Positions 17,775 to 27,530 are shown, numbered from the stretch's first letter. The stretch: DNA of 58,774 nt from Acidobacteriota bacterium (GCA_027295505.1 JAPUKU010000215.1:1-58774); one strand, 5' to 3'. Translations and numbers: made by a program. Notes: generated by a model from the letters alone, not told the origin.

Positions 17775-18559
17775 AGATTCTCCTCCGGCGCGCTCAGTCG
17801 GGTAATCGACAGGGAGCGGCCCGTGGCCTCGTCGACGTCGATGAGAACAGCCTTGAGTCGCACGTTACCGTTTGCCGGGGTGAATCTCACAGGCCGCTGG
17901 GTGAGAAAGCGCTTCATGGCCAGCTTCCGATCAATGCCGATGATACCGTCGTGCGAGCCCGTCATGCCCACGTCGGTGATGCAGGCGGTGCCGCTCGGAA
18001 GCACACGCGCGTCTGCAGTTTGAACGTGGGTGTGGGTCCCGACGACCGCAGTAACCCGGCCATCGAGGTGCCATCCCATGGCGATCTTTTCGCTGGTGGC
18101 CTCAGCATGGAAATCGACCAGCACGATCCGGGTGTGTTCCCGGAGCTTCTTGACCGCGTCGTCGGCGGTTCCGAAGGGGCAGAGGAGGGGAGGCATGAAC
18201 ACTCGTCCCATGAGGTTCACAACTCCCACACGTATGCCCGCGGCCGTCTCGCCGATCCAGGTGCCATAACCGGGCACTGGGGGCGGGTAATTCAGGGGCC
18301 GCAGAAGGCGGGGTTCCTCGTCGAGGAAAGGGATAATCTCCCTGCGATCCCAGATGTGGTTGCCGGAGGTGAGGCAGTGGACGCCGAGAGAGAGGGTTTC
18401 GCGCGCGATCTCGGGTGTGACACCAAAGCCGCCTGCAGCATTCTCGACGTTGGCGATAATGAGATCGGCCTTGTGCTGGTCCACCAGGCGGTCGAGCTCA
18501 CTTTGCAGCACCTGTCGGCCGGGGCTGCCAACCAGATCTCCGATGAAAAGGATTCGCAA
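17771..18559 (-). CDS. ymdB: TIGR00282/YmdB family metallophosphoesterase
   Basis: 262-aa ORF with N-terminus MRILFIGDLVGSPGR and the GNH and DFHAEATSEK motifs. It shows the conserved rny-ymdB linkage. Confidence 0.85.
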   Translation of the reverse strand: MRILFIGDLVGSPGRQVLQSELDRLVDQHKADLIIANVENAAGGFGVTPEIARETLSLGVHCLTSGNHIWDRREIIPFLDEEPRLLRPLNYPPPVPGYGTWIGETAAGIRVGVVNLMGRVFMPPLLCPFGTADDAVKKLREHTRIVLVDFHAEATSEKIAMGWHLDGRVTAVVGTHTHVQTADARVLPSGTACITDVGMTGSHDGIIGIDRKLAMKRFLTQRPVRFTPANGNVRLKAVLIDVDEATGRSLSITRLSAPEENL

Positions 18560-18571
18560 CAGGGATCCCCC

Positions 18572-20134
18572 TCACATCGCGTAACTCACGAACCGGGTCT
18601 CACGAACGACGCTGACCTTGATCTGTCCTGGGTAGTTGAGTTCGTGCTCGATGCGCGAGGCAATGTCACGGGAAAGCCACACGGCCTGCTCGTCCGTGAC
18701 CTTTTCCGTATCGACGATGACCCTCATCTCTCGTCCGGCTTTCACGGCGAACGCCTCTCGAACACCCGAAAATGAACGTGCGATCTGTTCGAGATTGGTC
18801 AGGCGTTGGATGTAGATGTCGAGATTGTCCTTGCGAGCTCCAGGCCTCGCAAGGGCAATGCGTTCAGCGCATTGCAGTAATACCGCCTCCACAGTCTTGG
18901 GGGCGACATCTCGATGAAGAGCCTGAATAGCGTGAACGACTCCTTCGTTTTCATTGTAACGCTGCGCGAGCTCCGCGCTCAGGAGTATCGGCGAGGAATA
19001 CGGATTCTGCTCCTCGACCTGGCCGATTTCATGCAGCAGACCTGCGCGCTTGGCTGTCTCAACCTTGGTGTCGAGCTGAGCGGCCATGTGGCCCGCCATG
19101 ACGGCGACCTCACGGCAGTGCTGAAGGATGTTAACGCTATGCGACAAATGGTACTTCATGCGTCCGACGAGTCGGATCAGCTTGGGATGCAGGTCATGCA
19201 GATCAAATTCAAAAGCCGCGGCCTCTCCCGCCTCCGTGATCCAGGTTTCCATGTCGTTGCGGACTTTGGTCACCGTTTCCTCAATGCGTGCCGGATGGAT
19301 TCGTCCGTCCGCGAGAAGGCGACGGATGGCGAGGTGGGCGATCTCGCGGCGCAAAGGGTCAAAAGCGGAGAGCAAGATGGCGTTCGGGGTGTCATCGACA
19401 ATCAAATCGACGCCGGTGGTCATCTCCAACGAGCGGATATTTCGGCCATCGCGGCCGATGATTCTGCCCTTCATTTCGTCATCGGGCAGCTCGATGATCG
19501 TGAGCGTGGAGTCGACAATCTGGCTGAAGGGGACCCGGCTGATGGCGCGGGTGGTGATGCGAACCGCCTCCTGGTGGGCGTTCTGCTTCGTCTGCTCCTC
19601 GATCTTGCGCAGCAGGCTGGCGGCCTCCTTTTTTGCGTCTGACTCCATCTCGCGCACCAGTTCCTGGCGGGCGGCCTCAGCGCTCAGACCGGCAATCTTC
19701 TCCAGCCTCTCACGCTGCTCGGTTGCCAGCTGGTCGAGGCTGGAGCGGATTTCGCCGGCTTTTTGCTCGGCAGCCTGCACCTCGGTCTCCCGGTGTTCCA
19801 CCTCGGTCTGGCGCTGATCAAGGAAGGTCACACGGCGCTGGAGGTTCTTCTCGCCCTGCCGCAAGCGCTGCTCACGCACCTCAAAGTCCCCGTGTTTCGC
19901 CTGATTCTCAGCCTCGATGCGTTGCTCGGCTGCGTGAATCTTCTCTTGTGACTCGAGGGTGGCTTCCTTGAGGCGGTTTTCCGCCTCTCGCTCGGCATCT
20001 GCGAGAGTCTGCCGAGAGCGTTCCAGGGCCGAATCCACACGCCGCCGGTCCCGCCGGGAGACGAGAAGACGGTCCATGCCCACGCCGGCGGCGATCGCGG
20101 CCAGGAGAACCAGGCTCGAGATCAGGGGATCCAT
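18572..20134 (-). CDS. rny: ribonuclease Y
   Basis: 520-aa ORF with an N-terminal TM helix, a long coiled coil, a KH domain (GRIIGRDGRNIR) and an HD domain (SHSVNILQHCREVA...LLHEIG). Confidence 0.9.
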   Translation of the reverse strand: MDPLISSLVLLAAIAAGVGMDRLLVSRRDRRRVDSALERSRQTLADAEREAENRLKEATLESQEKIHAAEQRIEAENQAKHGDFEVREQRLRQGEKNLQRRVTFLDQRQTEVEHRETEVQAAEQKAGEIRSSLDQLATEQRERLEKIAGLSAEAARQELVREMESDAKKEAASLLRKIEEQTKQNAHQEAVRITTRAISRVPFSQIVDSTLTIIELPDDEMKGRIIGRDGRNIRSLEMTTGVDLIVDDTPNAILLSAFDPLRREIAHLAIRRLLADGRIHPARIEETVTKVRNDMETWITEAGEAAAFEFDLHDLHPKLIRLVGRMKYHLSHSVNILQHCREVAVMAGHMAAQLDTKVETAKRAGLLHEIGQVEEQNPYSSPILLSAELAQRYNENEGVVHAIQALHRDVAPKTVEAVLLQCAERIALARPGARKDNLDIYIQRLTNLEQIARSFSGVREAFAVKAGREMRVIVDTEKVTDEQAVWLSRDIASRIEHELNYPGQIKVSVVRETRFVSYAM

Positions 20135-20263
20135 TGCAATCTCCTCCAGACAGTTAGCCGGTGCTCGACGTCCGGAAGGCCCGGGGCGGGAGAGTTCTGC
20201 CGGTGCATGGCCGCACCGGCCAGGCAGTGGTTCAGGAACGAACCGGGAGGCGGGTAACCATAA

Positions 20264-20452
20264 GAGGGCTTCCTCCGCGCGGCCGTGAGGACCGGATCAT
20301 TTGAACCTGGTTTCCCAGATGGGGAGGGCAGCTTCCGCATCAGGCGTCCCCACGCGCGGGGCATGCTCACCGCGGAACAGCATTTCCTCCCACTTCAATG
20401 ATCTGTTGGTTCAATTCACGCGACCCAATACGAGCCACACAGGGGAAGCCTC
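20264..20452 (-). ncRNA. ssrS: candidate 6S RNA (structure and synteny based)
   Basis: The 189-nt minus-strand segment folds by hand into a long interrupted rod. The closing stem has about 19 pairs (nt 1-20 with 169-189). Internal stems pair 39-45/146-152, 48-52/133-137, 62-67/126-131 and 76-81/115-120. The apex is CCCC-GCGCGU-GGGG. A large internal loop (about 18 nt and 16 nt) follows the closing stem. It lies directly downstream of zapA, the ssrS position in E. coli. Confidence 0.35.
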
Positions 20453-20456
20453 ACTC

Positions 20457-20485
20457 ATGCTAATACACCCACCTGAGCGGGTCAA
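20457..20485 (-). promoter_or_regulatory. sigma70-like promoter in front of the 6S-like RNA
   Basis: On the minus strand: TTGACC (20485..20480), 17 nt, TAGCAT (20462..20457). The predicted start falls within a few nt of the 5' end of the closing stem (20452). Confidence 0.35.
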
Positions 20486-20513
20486 CGAACGACGTTGAGC
20501 CCGCTTCTTCTCC

Positions 20514-20840
20514 TCAGCGCTCCGCCTCCTTCAGACAGCGGTCCAGCATTTCTACAAATTCTTCAGCCTTGCCAGACCAGTCCACGGCCGAGCCCTCGGA
20601 GCCGCTTTTCAGCTGGAAAAGTTCGTCGACAACATTGAGGGCTGCCAGAATGGCAAGTTTCATTGTATCGGCAGTGCCCGTGTGATCGGAGATGTCGTGC
20701 ATCTTGCGGTCTAGATAGCCTGCCAGATCCTGCAAATACGCGGAATCTCCTGCCCCCCCCCGGAGGCTGTAGGTCTGGCCAAAGATCTCCACCTGCACCA
20801 GCTGGGAGCTATTATCCATCACATTCCTCCCGGAATCCAT
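20514..20840 (-). CDS. zapA: cell division protein ZapA
   Basis: 108-aa ORF with VQVEIFGQTYSLRG... and the later LAILAALNVVDELF, typical of ZapA. Confidence 0.8.
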   Translation of the reverse strand: MDSGRNVMDNSSQLVQVEIFGQTYSLRGGAGDSAYLQDLAGYLDRKMHDISDHTGTADTMKLAILAALNVVDELFQLKSGSEGSAVDWSGKAEEFVEMLDRCLKEAER

Positions 20841-20854
20841 CGGTCGGGTCCGGT

Positions 20855-21136
20855 TTAAGCCTCCAGTTCGCCGACCATATCGAGCATTCGTTGCACACGC
20901 GAGCGCAGCTCTTCACGTTCTGTCTCAAAACGCTGGACTTCTCTGCGCAGGCGTTGATTCTCCTCCTGATGGGTTCTTGCAGTCTGCTGTCTTTGATGGA
21001 GCGCTTCCACTTCTGTCTCAGATTTCTCAAGCTTCTGCGCGAGAGTCGAACGTTCTTTTTGCAATGACTGAATGAGATCTGTAACTTTCCGGATCTTTTG
21101 CTCCAGCAGGGTAAAGTTGTTCATCTGCCCACTCAA
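20855..21136 (-). CDS. ZapB-like coiled-coil cell-division protein
   Basis: 93-aa ORF, entirely heptad-like coiled coil (LLEQKIRKVTDLIQSLQKERSTLAQKLE...). It lies immediately upstream of zapA. Confidence 0.55.
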   Translation of the reverse strand: MSGQMNNFTLLEQKIRKVTDLIQSLQKERSTLAQKLEKSETEVEALHQRQQTARTHQEENQRLRREVQRFETEREELRSRVQRMLDMVGELEA

Positions 21137-21151
21137 TGTCCGATCTCCTTA

Positions 21152-23209
21152 TCAAGCGCCCCGCAGCCGGATTTTGAAGCGCTCATGCAACTGCGAGAGG
21201 ATTTGGTCTTCCATCTCCTGAACCTCTTCCGACACCAGGGTCCGTTCCGGGTGATGGAAAGTCACCCGAAGAGCTAGGCTGATGTGGTTGGGCCCAAGCT
21301 TTTTTGATTCATACCGATCGAAGGGCTCCACGTGCACAATGCGGCTGTCGAGCTTTCGGATGGCCTCGGCAACTTCGGCAAATTCCTGTTGCCGGGGCAT
21401 CACCAGGGCCAGATCCCGGATGACAGGCGGAGTACGGGGTAGGGGCCGGTAACGGTGCGGAGAGGCAGGGACGCGCTCCAGTTCGGTCAGGGAGATCTCC
21501 GCGGTCATCGTCTCGGCATCGACGTCCAGTGCTGCCGCGGTTTCAGGGTGAAGTGCACCCAGCCATCCGATGGGTCGCTCACCGCACAGGAGTTGTGCGG
21601 TGCGCCCGGACCTCAGCCAGGCTACCTCGGCGGGCCGTGTTTCGAGAGAGGGCCAGCCGGCACGTTCGAGACCTTCCTCGAGTGCACCCTTCACATCGAA
21701 CAGGTCGGCGCCGCTCGCGCCTCGATTCCAGGTCCCTAAAGAGGGTGTGCCCGCCATGACGAGCGCGAGCCGGTTCTCCTCGTTGGGCTTGGCGTCCGCG
21801 TCGGAAGTTCTGAAGACCACGCCGGTTTCGTAGAGGGCCACGCCAGGCGCACCGTGGTTCAGGTTTCGGCGCGTCGCGGCAACAAGACCCGGCAAAAGCG
21901 AGCAGCGCAGCTCGTCGCCCGTTTCGCTCAGCGGATTGACCAACCGCACACTATGATCGCTTCCGTCCATCCAGAGGTGGTTCAAGTTGCTTTTGACAAA
22001 GACCGTGCAGATCCCTTCCGTGAAGCCATGGGCGTGGAGGCTCGACAGGAGAATGGGTACCTGTCCGCGAGTTGTCTCCGGGACCTTGTCACTGCTGTCC
22101 CGAGCTTCGGGCAGGGTCGAGGGGATGAGGTCATACCCGTGATGCCGGGCGACTTCCTCCACGAGATCCTCCTCGCATTCCACGTCAGACCGGAAAGAGG
22201 GTACCTCGACCTCGAGATGTGAGGGTCCGGCGCAGAGCACTCGAAACTCCAGCCGTTCCAGAATGCTGCGCATCTGGTCCAGCGGGATCGCCATGCCGAG
22301 CAGGGCCTTGACCCGGCCGTGTCTCAGGCTCAGTCGGCGAAGTTCACCAGGAGCAGGGTAGAGGTCAACGGCGCGTGGGTCAACCTGAGCGCTGGCCAGT
22401 CGGGCCATCAGCGTGGCGGCACGGTCTGCAGCCTGCAGCGTTCCTCCGGGGTCGGTGCCACGCTCGAAGCGCTGTGATCCTTCTGTGCGCATGCCCAGCG
22501 CGCGCGCCGTGCGCCGAACCGCCAGTGGGGCGAAGCGTGCGCTCTCGATGACAATTTCCTGTGTATCATTATTGATTTCGCTGTCGAGCCCCCCCATGAG
22601 ACCCGCCAGGGCCACAGGTTGGCGGGCGTCGGCGATGATCAGGTGGTCCGAGCCGAGGTGGCGCTCCGTGCCGTCCAGGGTGATGAGCTTTTCGCCCTTC
22701 CGGGCTTCTCGTACGGAAAGACGGTTGTCACGGAGGTGTGATTGGTCAAAGGCGTGCAATGGCTGCCCGGTCTCGAGCATGACGTAGTTCGTGATGTCAA
22801 CAATGGTGTTGAGAGGCCTCACGCCGCTGCGCTCGAGACGCCGGGCCATCCAATCTGGAGAGGTTCCGGCGCGAACGCCCTTCAAACAGCGGGCGCTGTA
22901 GCGCATGCAGAGGCTCGGATCGGTGATTTCGATCACTACTGGAGGGGGTCCATCACCGGCCTTCGGGGGAACCTCGACGTCGAGGGCTTGCAGGCGTCCG
23001 CCCAGGGCAGCGCAGAGCTCGCGGGCCACTCCGCGATAGCCGAGGCAGTCCGCACGGTTGCTGGGAACCTCGACATCGAATACGACATCTTCACCTTCGC
23101 CCTCGATGGTGTCCACCGCTAGACCTATGCGCGTCAGTGCGCGGGCAAGCTCCTCGGCCGGCTGTTGGAGACCGCTCAGCTCCTGTAACCATTCGACACA
23201 GAATTTCAT
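21152..23209 (-). CDS. pheT: phenylalanine--tRNA ligase beta subunit (short form, no OB-fold tRNA-binding domain)
   Basis: 685-aa ORF. The N-terminus MKFCVEWLQEL... runs directly into VPSNRADCLGYRGVAREL. B3/B4, B5 and the C-terminal anticodon-binding-like domains are recognisable. It overlaps pheS by ATGA. Confidence 0.92.
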   Translation of the reverse strand: MKFCVEWLQELSGLQQPAEELARALTRIGLAVDTIEGEGEDVVFDVEVPSNRADCLGYRGVARELCAALGGRLQALDVEVPPKAGDGPPPVVIEITDPSLCMRYSARCLKGVRAGTSPDWMARRLERSGVRPLNTIVDITNYVMLETGQPLHAFDQSHLRDNRLSVREARKGEKLITLDGTERHLGSDHLIIADARQPVALAGLMGGLDSEINNDTQEIVIESARFAPLAVRRTARALGMRTEGSQRFERGTDPGGTLQAADRAATLMARLASAQVDPRAVDLYPAPGELRRLSLRHGRVKALLGMAIPLDQMRSILERLEFRVLCAGPSHLEVEVPSFRSDVECEEDLVEEVARHHGYDLIPSTLPEARDSSDKVPETTRGQVPILLSSLHAHGFTEGICTVFVKSNLNHLWMDGSDHSVRLVNPLSETGDELRCSLLPGLVAATRRNLNHGAPGVALYETGVVFRTSDADAKPNEENRLALVMAGTPSLGTWNRGASGADLFDVKGALEEGLERAGWPSLETRPAEVAWLRSGRTAQLLCGERPIGWLGALHPETAAALDVDAETMTAEISLTELERVPASPHRYRPLPRTPPVIRDLALVMPRQQEFAEVAEAIRKLDSRIVHVEPFDRYESKKLGPNHISLALRVTFHHPERTLVSEEVQEMEDQILSQLHERFKIRLRGA

Positions 23210-24237
23210 TGTGGGAACTGGCGAAGAAAACGAAGGTCGTTTTCGAAGAGCAGGCGAATATCGTTGATGCCGAGCTTCAGCATGGCGATGCGGTCAATGC
23301 CCAGTCCGAAAGCAAAACCGCTGACAGTCCCTGGATCGTAACCGACGGCCCGGAACACGGCCGGGTGTACCATTCCGGCCCCGCCCATCTCGATCCAGCC
23401 GCTGCGCTTGCATGTGGGACAACCCGAGCCGGAGCACAGTGCGCATGAGATGTCGAACTCCGCACCGGGTTCCACAAAGGGGAAATACGAGGGGCGCAGG
23501 CGGATCTTCGTATCGGGAGAGAACACTCTCTGGCAGAAGGCGGCGATTGTCCCCTTGAGATCCGCAAACGTGACGCGCTCGTCAACCGCCAGACCCTCGA
23601 CCTGATGGAACATGGGGGAGTGGCTGATGTCGGAGTCCCTGCGGAACACGCGCCCGATGGCCACCATCCGGATCGGCGGTTTGCGGCTCATCATGGTGCG
23701 AACCTGCACGGGCGAAGTGTGGGTGCGTAGCAGGTAGCCGCCCTCGGTGAAGAAGGTGTCCTGCAAGTCACGAGCTGGATGCCCCTCCGGCATGTTGAGG
23801 GCTTCGAAGTTATGGAAGTCCGTTTCGATCTCGGGGCCGGTCTCGATGCGGTAGCCGAGCTCGCGGAAGACAGACTCGACCTGATGCCTCACCTGGGTCA
23901 GGGGATGGGCCTGGCCAATCAACAGCCGGCGCCCGGGCAGAGTGAGATCGAGGGGATCCCCGGACTGCTGCTGGCTGCTCTCGTGGGTCTCAAGATCCTG
24001 CTGGCGTTCGGCCAACAGGGTCTCGATGCGCTGGCGTGCTTGATTCAAGGCCTGACCCGCATGCGGGCGCTTGGCCGCTGGAAGCTTCGAGAGACCTCGC
24101 AGGGCCAGCGACAGTCGGCCGTTCTTGCGCGAGAGGTAACGATTCCGGAGATCTTTGAGCGCCTGGGAGTTGGCGGTTCGCAGCAGCTCGCTCTCGAACT
24201 CACTGCGGATTTGCTCGGCGTCCGTTTCCACGCTCAA
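23206..24237 (-). CDS. pheS: phenylalanine--tRNA ligase alpha subunit
   Basis: 343-aa ORF with class II aaRS motifs (HPLTQV..., FRRDSDISHSPMFHQVEG, GFAFGLGIDRIAML). Confidence 0.95.
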   Translation of the reverse strand: MSVETDAEQIRSEFESELLRTANSQALKDLRNRYLSRKNGRLSLALRGLSKLPAAKRPHAGQALNQARQRIETLLAERQQDLETHESSQQQSGDPLDLTLPGRRLLIGQAHPLTQVRHQVESVFRELGYRIETGPEIETDFHNFEALNMPEGHPARDLQDTFFTEGGYLLRTHTSPVQVRTMMSRKPPIRMVAIGRVFRRDSDISHSPMFHQVEGLAVDERVTFADLKGTIAAFCQRVFSPDTKIRLRPSYFPFVEPGAEFDISCALCSGSGCPTCKRSGWIEMGGAGMVHPAVFRAVGYDPGTVSGFAFGLGIDRIAMLKLGINDIRLLFENDLRFLRQFPQ

Positions 24238-24274
24238 CTCCTCCCTCTTACGGCGGCTTGAAGGAGAAGTTGCC

Positions 24275-24634
24275 TTAAGCCGAGAGGGACTGCTGGGCGA
24301 CCTTCGCCAGCTCCGAAAAAGACGGCGGATCCTCGACAGCTAGCTGTGCCAGCACTTTCCGGTCGACAGCGACTCCGGCCTGCTTCAGACCATTCATGAG
24401 CTGGCTGTAGGAGAGATCGTGCTCGCGGGCCGCTGCATTGATACGCACGACCCACAGACGTCTGAATTCACGTTTGCGGTTGCGCCGGTCCCGGTACGCG
24501 TACTGTAATCCCTTCTCTACGGCCTCGCGGGCCACCCGGTAGCAATTTCGCTTGGCACCGTAGTATCCCTCAGCCAGTTTCAGGATCTTCGAACGCTTCT
24601 GGCGGCGCTTGGTTCCTCGTTTGACTCTTGGCAC
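24275..24634 (-). CDS. rplT: 50S ribosomal protein L20
   Basis: Track ORF 24275..24727 trimmed to GTG 24634 ([26 protein letters not shown]...), which lies 8 nt after AGGAGG. Confidence 0.93.
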   Translation of the reverse strand: MPRVKRGTKRRQKRSKILKLAEGYYGAKRNCYRVAREAVEKGLQYAYRDRRNRKREFRRLWVVRINAAAREHDLSYSQLMNGLKQAGVAVDRKVLAQLAVEDPPSFSELAKVAQQSLSA

Positions 24635-24659
24635 GGGTCCTTCCTCCTGCTTCGAACAA

Positions 24660-24863
24660 TCAGCCGTAGGGAAGCATCTTACGCACGCGGGCCGTGTCAG
24701 CGGGGCTGACCAGGGTGCCCAGATCATTCTGACGCTTACGCTTCCTCGACTTCAGGGTCAGATTGTGTCTCATGAAGGCATGGCCGCGCCGGATCTTACC
24801 GGACGCAGTCCGGCGGAACCGCTTGGCCGCGCCTTTGTGTGTTTTCAGCTTCAATCGAGCCAT
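24660..24863 (-). CDS. rpmI: 50S ribosomal protein L35
   Basis: 67-aa [33 protein letters not shown]... Confidence 0.93.
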   Translation of the reverse strand: MARLKLKTHKGAAKRFRRTASGKIRRGHAFMRHNLTLKSRKRKRQNDLGTLVSPADTARVRKMLPYG

Positions 24864-24885
24864 CGCACTCCTCGTTTCTGGCGCC

Positions 24886-25452
24886 TTACTTGCCGCGCTC
24901 GGCGTTTGCCGCGGTGCTTCTCTCCTGCATCCGCCTCGGCAGCGGAGCCAGGATGGTAGCCATGGTATTCCCTTCGCGCAGGGGCACGGTCTCGACCTGG
25001 CCGTGCTCCTTCACCTCACCAATGAGACGCTCCAGCAGCTTACGCCCCAGTTCGGGATGGACGTTTTCGCGGCCGCGAAAGATGACCATTGCTTTCACCT
25101 TGTCCCCATTCTGCAGGAAGCGCATAATGTTATTCTTCTTGAAGCCATAGTCATGTTCATCGATGCCGGGCCGGAACTTGACTTCCTTGACATGAAACTG
25201 ACGTTGCTTTTTCTTCGCCGCGTGCGCTTGCTTGTTACTCTCGTAAAGGAACTTGCCAAAATCCATGATACGACAAACGGGCGGTACGGATGTCGGTGAA
25301 ACTTCGACCAGATCCAAACTCTCCTGTTGAGCCAAGCTGAGCGCCTTGGCGGGTGGCATGATGCCGAGCTGTTCACCCTCTTTACCAATGACGCGGATCT
25401 CACGAACTCGAATACGCTCGTTTACTCGAACTCTTCTGTCGATAACACTCAC
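24886..25452 (-). CDS. infC: translation initiation factor IF-3
   Basis: The ORF contains [38 protein letters not shown] and [14 protein letters not shown]. The real start may be the non-canonical ATC at 25443 (see findings). Confidence 0.9.
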   Translation of the reverse strand: MSVIDRRVRVNERIRVREIRVIGKEGEQLGIMPPAKALSLAQQESLDLVEVSPTSVPPVCRIMDFGKFLYESNKQAHAAKKKQRQFHVKEVKFRPGIDEHDYGFKKNNIMRFLQNGDKVKAMVIFRGRENVHPELGRKLLERLIGEVKEHGQVETVPLREGNTMATILAPLPRRMQERSTAANAERGK

Positions 25453-25489
25453 CTCCGCGTTTCACCCCCCAGGTCCGGGGGGGTGTGAT

Positions 25490-27469
25490 TCAATCCTGGT
25501 GATCCCGCGAGCGAACCTTTTCCTGGCAGCGTTCGATGAAGCTGGCGAGCGAGGTCGTCCCAAGATCACCGGCGCTCCGCGAACGCACTGAAATCTCACC
25601 GGAAGCCACCTCCCGGTCTCCCAGAACGAGCATATAGGGTACCTTTTCTAGCTGGGCCTGGCGAATCTTAAAGCCAACCTTCTCGTTCCGGTCATCAACC
25701 TCTGCTCGCAGACCGGCGGCGGCGAGCTCCCGAAGCACCTCGTGAGCCCTCCCTGCGGCGCGATCGGTAATCGGCAGGACCTTCGCCTGGACAGGAGCCA
25801 GCCATAAGGGAAACGCGCCGGCATAGTGCTCAATCAGTCCGCCAACAAAGCGCTCCATCGAACCGAGGACAGCCCGGTGCACCATGATGACCGGTTCCTC
25901 TTTGGAGTCCCGGTTGACGTAGCGTACATCCAGGCGGGCCGGCAGGTTGAAATCGAACTGGATGGTGGGTCCCTGCCATGATCGGCCCAGCGCATCAAGC
26001 ATGCGCATGTCCACCTTGGGACCGTAGAACGCCGCCTCGCCGACCATGCGACGGTAGGGCAGGTTCACCTTCTTCAGTGCCTGCACGAGCGCCTCTTCCG
26101 CCATGTCCCAGTCGGCCGGTTCTCCGGCGTACTTCACAGCGTTGTTCGGATCGCGTACGCTCAGATCCACCTCGTAGCGGTCGTAACCGAATGTCTCGAG
26201 CATGTAACGGGCCAGCTCGATGGCATCGGCCACCTCGTCTACCGCCTGATCACGCGTACAGAAAATGTGCGCATCGTCCTGGGTGAAACCGCGCACGCGC
26301 AGCATGCCATGCAGCACGCCGGAACGCTCCGCGCGGTAGACCGTGCCCATCTCGGCGTAGCGAATAGGCAGTTCGCGATAGGAGCGCTTGTGGCTCTTGA
26401 AGATGAGAATGTGGCCCGGACAGTTCATGGGTTTGAGGACAAACTCCTCGCCTTCATCTCCCTGAAAGCGGTACATGTTTTCCCGGTAAAATGACATGTG
26501 TCCCGATTTCTTCCATAGCTCGCTGCGTGACATATGGGGGATGGAGACGAGCTGGTAGCCGCGCCGCAGGTGTTCGGCTGTCCAGAATTCGTCGATGATG
26601 CGGCGCACCGTGGCTCCCTTAGGGTGCCAGAAGATGAGACCGCCGCCTGCAACCTCTTGAATGGAGAACAGATCGAGTTCCTTACCCAGGCGCCGGTGGT
26701 CGCGCTTTTTAGCTTCCTCAACTAGCTGCAGGTGGCGGTCGAGCTCTTCCTGGGTGAAGAAGGCGGTGCCGTAAATCCTCTGCAGCATCGGCTGCGATTC
26801 ATCGCCCCGCCAGTACGCACCCGCAATGCTGGTGAGCTTGAACGCGCCAAGCCGCCCGGTGGATGGCAGATGCGGACCCAGGCAGAAGTCGATGAACTGC
26901 CCCTGCTGGTAGCAAGACACAACCTCTCCGCCTTTGTCCTCGATCAATTCCACCTTGAGGGGCTCGTTCCGATCCTGGAACAATCGGGTCGCCTCTTCGC
27001 GTGACTGCTCGATGCGACGCAGGGGCAGATCGCGCTTGACGATCTCCCGCATTCGGGACTCGATCTGCTCCAGATCATCAGGTGTGAACGGAGTTTCCCG
27101 ACGGAAATCATAGTAGAACCCTTCATCGATCACCGGGCCGATGCCTACCTGGGCGTCCGGGTAGAGCTCTTTGACCGCCTGTGCGAGCACGTGCGCAGTG
27201 GTGTGCCTCGTGATCTCGAGAGCTTCCTGGCAGGGTGCCAGCAGCGGCTCGACGGTGCATTCCCCGCGCAGCGGCACGGCCAGATCAACGAGCCGCCCAT
27301 CGACACGCGCCGCCAGAACCGAGCTAGCCGCACCGTTCACAACCAGTGCGGAGGCGTCACGAGCCGTGCTGCCGTGAGGAAGGCGGTGGCGAGAGCCGTC
27401 CGGCAGGCGTACCCATACGTGACTGCTGGCGGCCTCACTGACCGACCGGGAGGAACCGTGCGAACTCAC
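25490..27469 (-). CDS. thrS: threonine--tRNA ligase
   Basis: 659-aa ORF with TGS, editing (HTTAHVLAQA), class II catalytic and anticodon-binding domains. It shows the classical thrS-infC-rpmI-rplT-pheST order. Confidence 0.95.
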   Translation of the reverse strand: MSSHGSSRSVSEAASSHVWVRLPDGSRHRLPHGSTARDASALVVNGAASSVLAARVDGRLVDLAVPLRGECTVEPLLAPCQEALEITRHTTAHVLAQAVKELYPDAQVGIGPVIDEGFYYDFRRETPFTPDDLEQIESRMREIVKRDLPLRRIEQSREEATRLFQDRNEPLKVELIEDKGGEVVSCYQQGQFIDFCLGPHLPSTGRLGAFKLTSIAGAYWRGDESQPMLQRIYGTAFFTQEELDRHLQLVEEAKKRDHRRLGKELDLFSIQEVAGGGLIFWHPKGATVRRIIDEFWTAEHLRRGYQLVSIPHMSRSELWKKSGHMSFYRENMYRFQGDEGEEFVLKPMNCPGHILIFKSHKRSYRELPIRYAEMGTVYRAERSGVLHGMLRVRGFTQDDAHIFCTRDQAVDEVADAIELARYMLETFGYDRYEVDLSVRDPNNAVKYAGEPADWDMAEEALVQALKKVNLPYRRMVGEAAFYGPKVDMRMLDALGRSWQGPTIQFDFNLPARLDVRYVNRDSKEEPVIMVHRAVLGSMERFVGGLIEHYAGAFPLWLAPVQAKVLPITDRAAGRAHEVLRELAAAGLRAEVDDRNEKVGFKIRQAQLEKVPYMLVLGDREVASGEISVRSRSAGDLGTTSLASFIERCQEKVRSRDHQD

Positions 27470-27530
27470 TGTTTTTGGAACCCTGAAGTGGGCAAGCGGT
27501 GAACACGCCTTTGCCCGTCAGTCCTGCTCG

